DNA from: an uncultured Chloroflexia bacterium
GTDB lineage: Bacteria; Chloroflexota; Limnocylindria; QHBO01
Assembly: GCA_963825525.1 (NCBI GenBank)
Contig: CAWGTN010000002.1
Span: 64,001-128,000 of the forward strand
Direction: 5' to 3'
Length of the DNA stretch: 64,000 nt
Shown here: positions 62,717 through 64,000 of the stretch, in pieces
Position numbering within the stretch: the stretch's first letter is position 1
Layout: each line of letters starts with the position of its first letter
Position numbers and translations under genes: made by a program
The notes under the pieces: model-generated
What the model was told of the DNA's origin: nothing
The model's input: the letters and a program-made list of their open reading frames with translations, nothing else
The model's database searches: none

Positions 62717-63602
62717 ATGACCCGGATCCGCTCTGTGATGCCCGCGGTAGTTGTGGGGTTGATCCTCGTCGGTTGCGGACGAGTTGCCTCGTCAGCCGCA
62801 CCGTCGACGGTGCCATCGGTGGTCGACGGATCGTCCGGTCCCACCTCCTCGCCGACCCTGGCGCCGATGACCGAGGCGCCCCGCCCGACTGAGACGCCGA
62901 TGCCCAAGGTTCAGCTCGGCTATGGCGCACGCGTCGAGATCGACGACGACGCCGATCTGCACATGAGACCCGCCACGGCGTCAAGCGTCATCGGCTCCGT
63001 GCATGCCGGCCCGGTCGAAATCGAGATCATGGACGACGACACGGTGAGTCCGATGCTCGGACCGGTCGAGGCCGATGGCCTGATCTGGTATCCGGTTCGA
63101 TCGAGCGAGGGCCCCTTCGGCTGGCTGGGGCTCGACGAATCGACGTGGGAACCGATGGCGCCCGACTGCCCGACCTCCACTAGCCCGAGCGTCGAGGAGT
63201 TCCTGAGCATGGCGCCGGCGGAGCGTGTCGCCTGCTTCGGCGACCAACCAATGTCATTCACGGCTGCCGTCGCGCTGTCCGGCCTCGGCGGCTTGAGCCT
63301 GGCCAGCTTCGAGCCGGACTGGTTGGCCTCGCGGCTCACCACGAACATGCGGGTGTCGTCGGCATCGGGAGTCACGCTGAGCGCGCCGCTACACCTGGCA
63401 CCCGGCCTGTCGCTGGCCCGATCTCCCTCCGGGATCGGCGAACCCTTACGCGCTCCTGGACCTCGTGGTCCACGTCGCTGACCCTGCGGCGGAAGATTGC
63501 TTGATCACCGCGCCAGGTGCTTCGGGCCCGGAGGATCACGGAGCAACCGTTGCCTACTGCCGCGCGCAGATCGTCGCGACCGAGTTCGCATTCGCGGAGT
63601 AG
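62717..63602 (+). CDS. Lipoprotein with SH3-like and C-terminal DPAAxxC..CR domain (frameshift near 63440-63460)
   Basis: Lipobox LILVGC, GPVEADGLIWYPV...FGW; the shifted frame continues LDLVVHVADPAAEDC...YCRAQIVATEFAFAE*. Confidence 0.72.
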
Positions 63603-63644
63603 GGCTCCGGGGACCAGCAGCGAGAAATAGGGAGGACCAAGCCG

Positions 63645-64000
63645 ATGCAGCCACCAACCGACAGCAAGAATCTCGACATCTACGGCTCGCCGCCGCTCGA
63701 GTGGGATCGGGTCGTGCACGCGCTCGATGAAGTCGACGAACTCCCCGTGGAGGATTCCGCCAGCCACTACTGGATCGCGACGACGCGACCGGACGGCCGC
63801 CCGCACGTGATGGGAGTCGGCCTCGTCTGGGACGACGGGAGGTTCTACATGTCCACGGGAGCAGGGACGCAGAAGGCGAAGAACCTCGCCCACGATCCAC
63901 GATGCATGGTGAGCATCGCGGCGCTGGGCCTCGACATCGCCATCGAGGGCGAGGCGCGGATCGTGCGCGACGAGGACGAGCTCCAGCGGATCGCCGTTCT
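63645..64000 (+). CDS. Pyridoxamine 5'-phosphate oxidase-like protein (3' end outside window)
   Basis: GGAGG RBS; WIATTRPDGRPHV...TQKAKNLAHDPRC. Confidence 0.88.
   Translation, partial: MQPPTDSKNLDIYGSPPLEWDRVVHALDEVDELPVEDSASHYWIATTRPDGRPHVMGVGLVWDDGRFYMSTGAGTQKAKNLAHDPRCMVSIAALGLDIAIEGEARIVRDEDELQRIAV

Overview
High-GC (roughly 70% by eye) bacterial chromosomal window. The gene content and many leaderless genes suggest a soil Chloroflexota or Actinomycetota genome, which is an inference. Scattered single-base indels in otherwise intact genes point to an unpolished long-read assembly. The left part holds gatB, hisN, a HisKA_3/NarL two-component pair and three c-di-GMP enzymes. These flank a ~9.65 kb frameshifted gene for a giant secreted subtilisin/Ig-repeat adhesin with eleven near-identical 306-bp repeats. 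The middle (~32-56 kb) is a dense patchwork of small stress/detox genes (VOC, DinB, GNAT, alpha/beta hydrolases, SDR, TetR/ArsR/LysR/AraC). The best candidate for an undescribed system is at 56.8-60.0 kb. One gene encodes a 241-aa acidic protein with a RiPP-like leader (ELAAEEVTALPDKE) and two 77-aa N/Q-patterned amyloid-like repeats. After a hairpin, the next gene encodes a PqqD/RRE-like domain, an M50-type membrane metallopeptidase and an extracellular CxxC beta-repeat domain. A divergent ECF sigma/anti-sigma pair lies next to it. I found no rRNA, tRNA, CRISPR array or transposase. All product calls come from motif recognition only, with no database searches.
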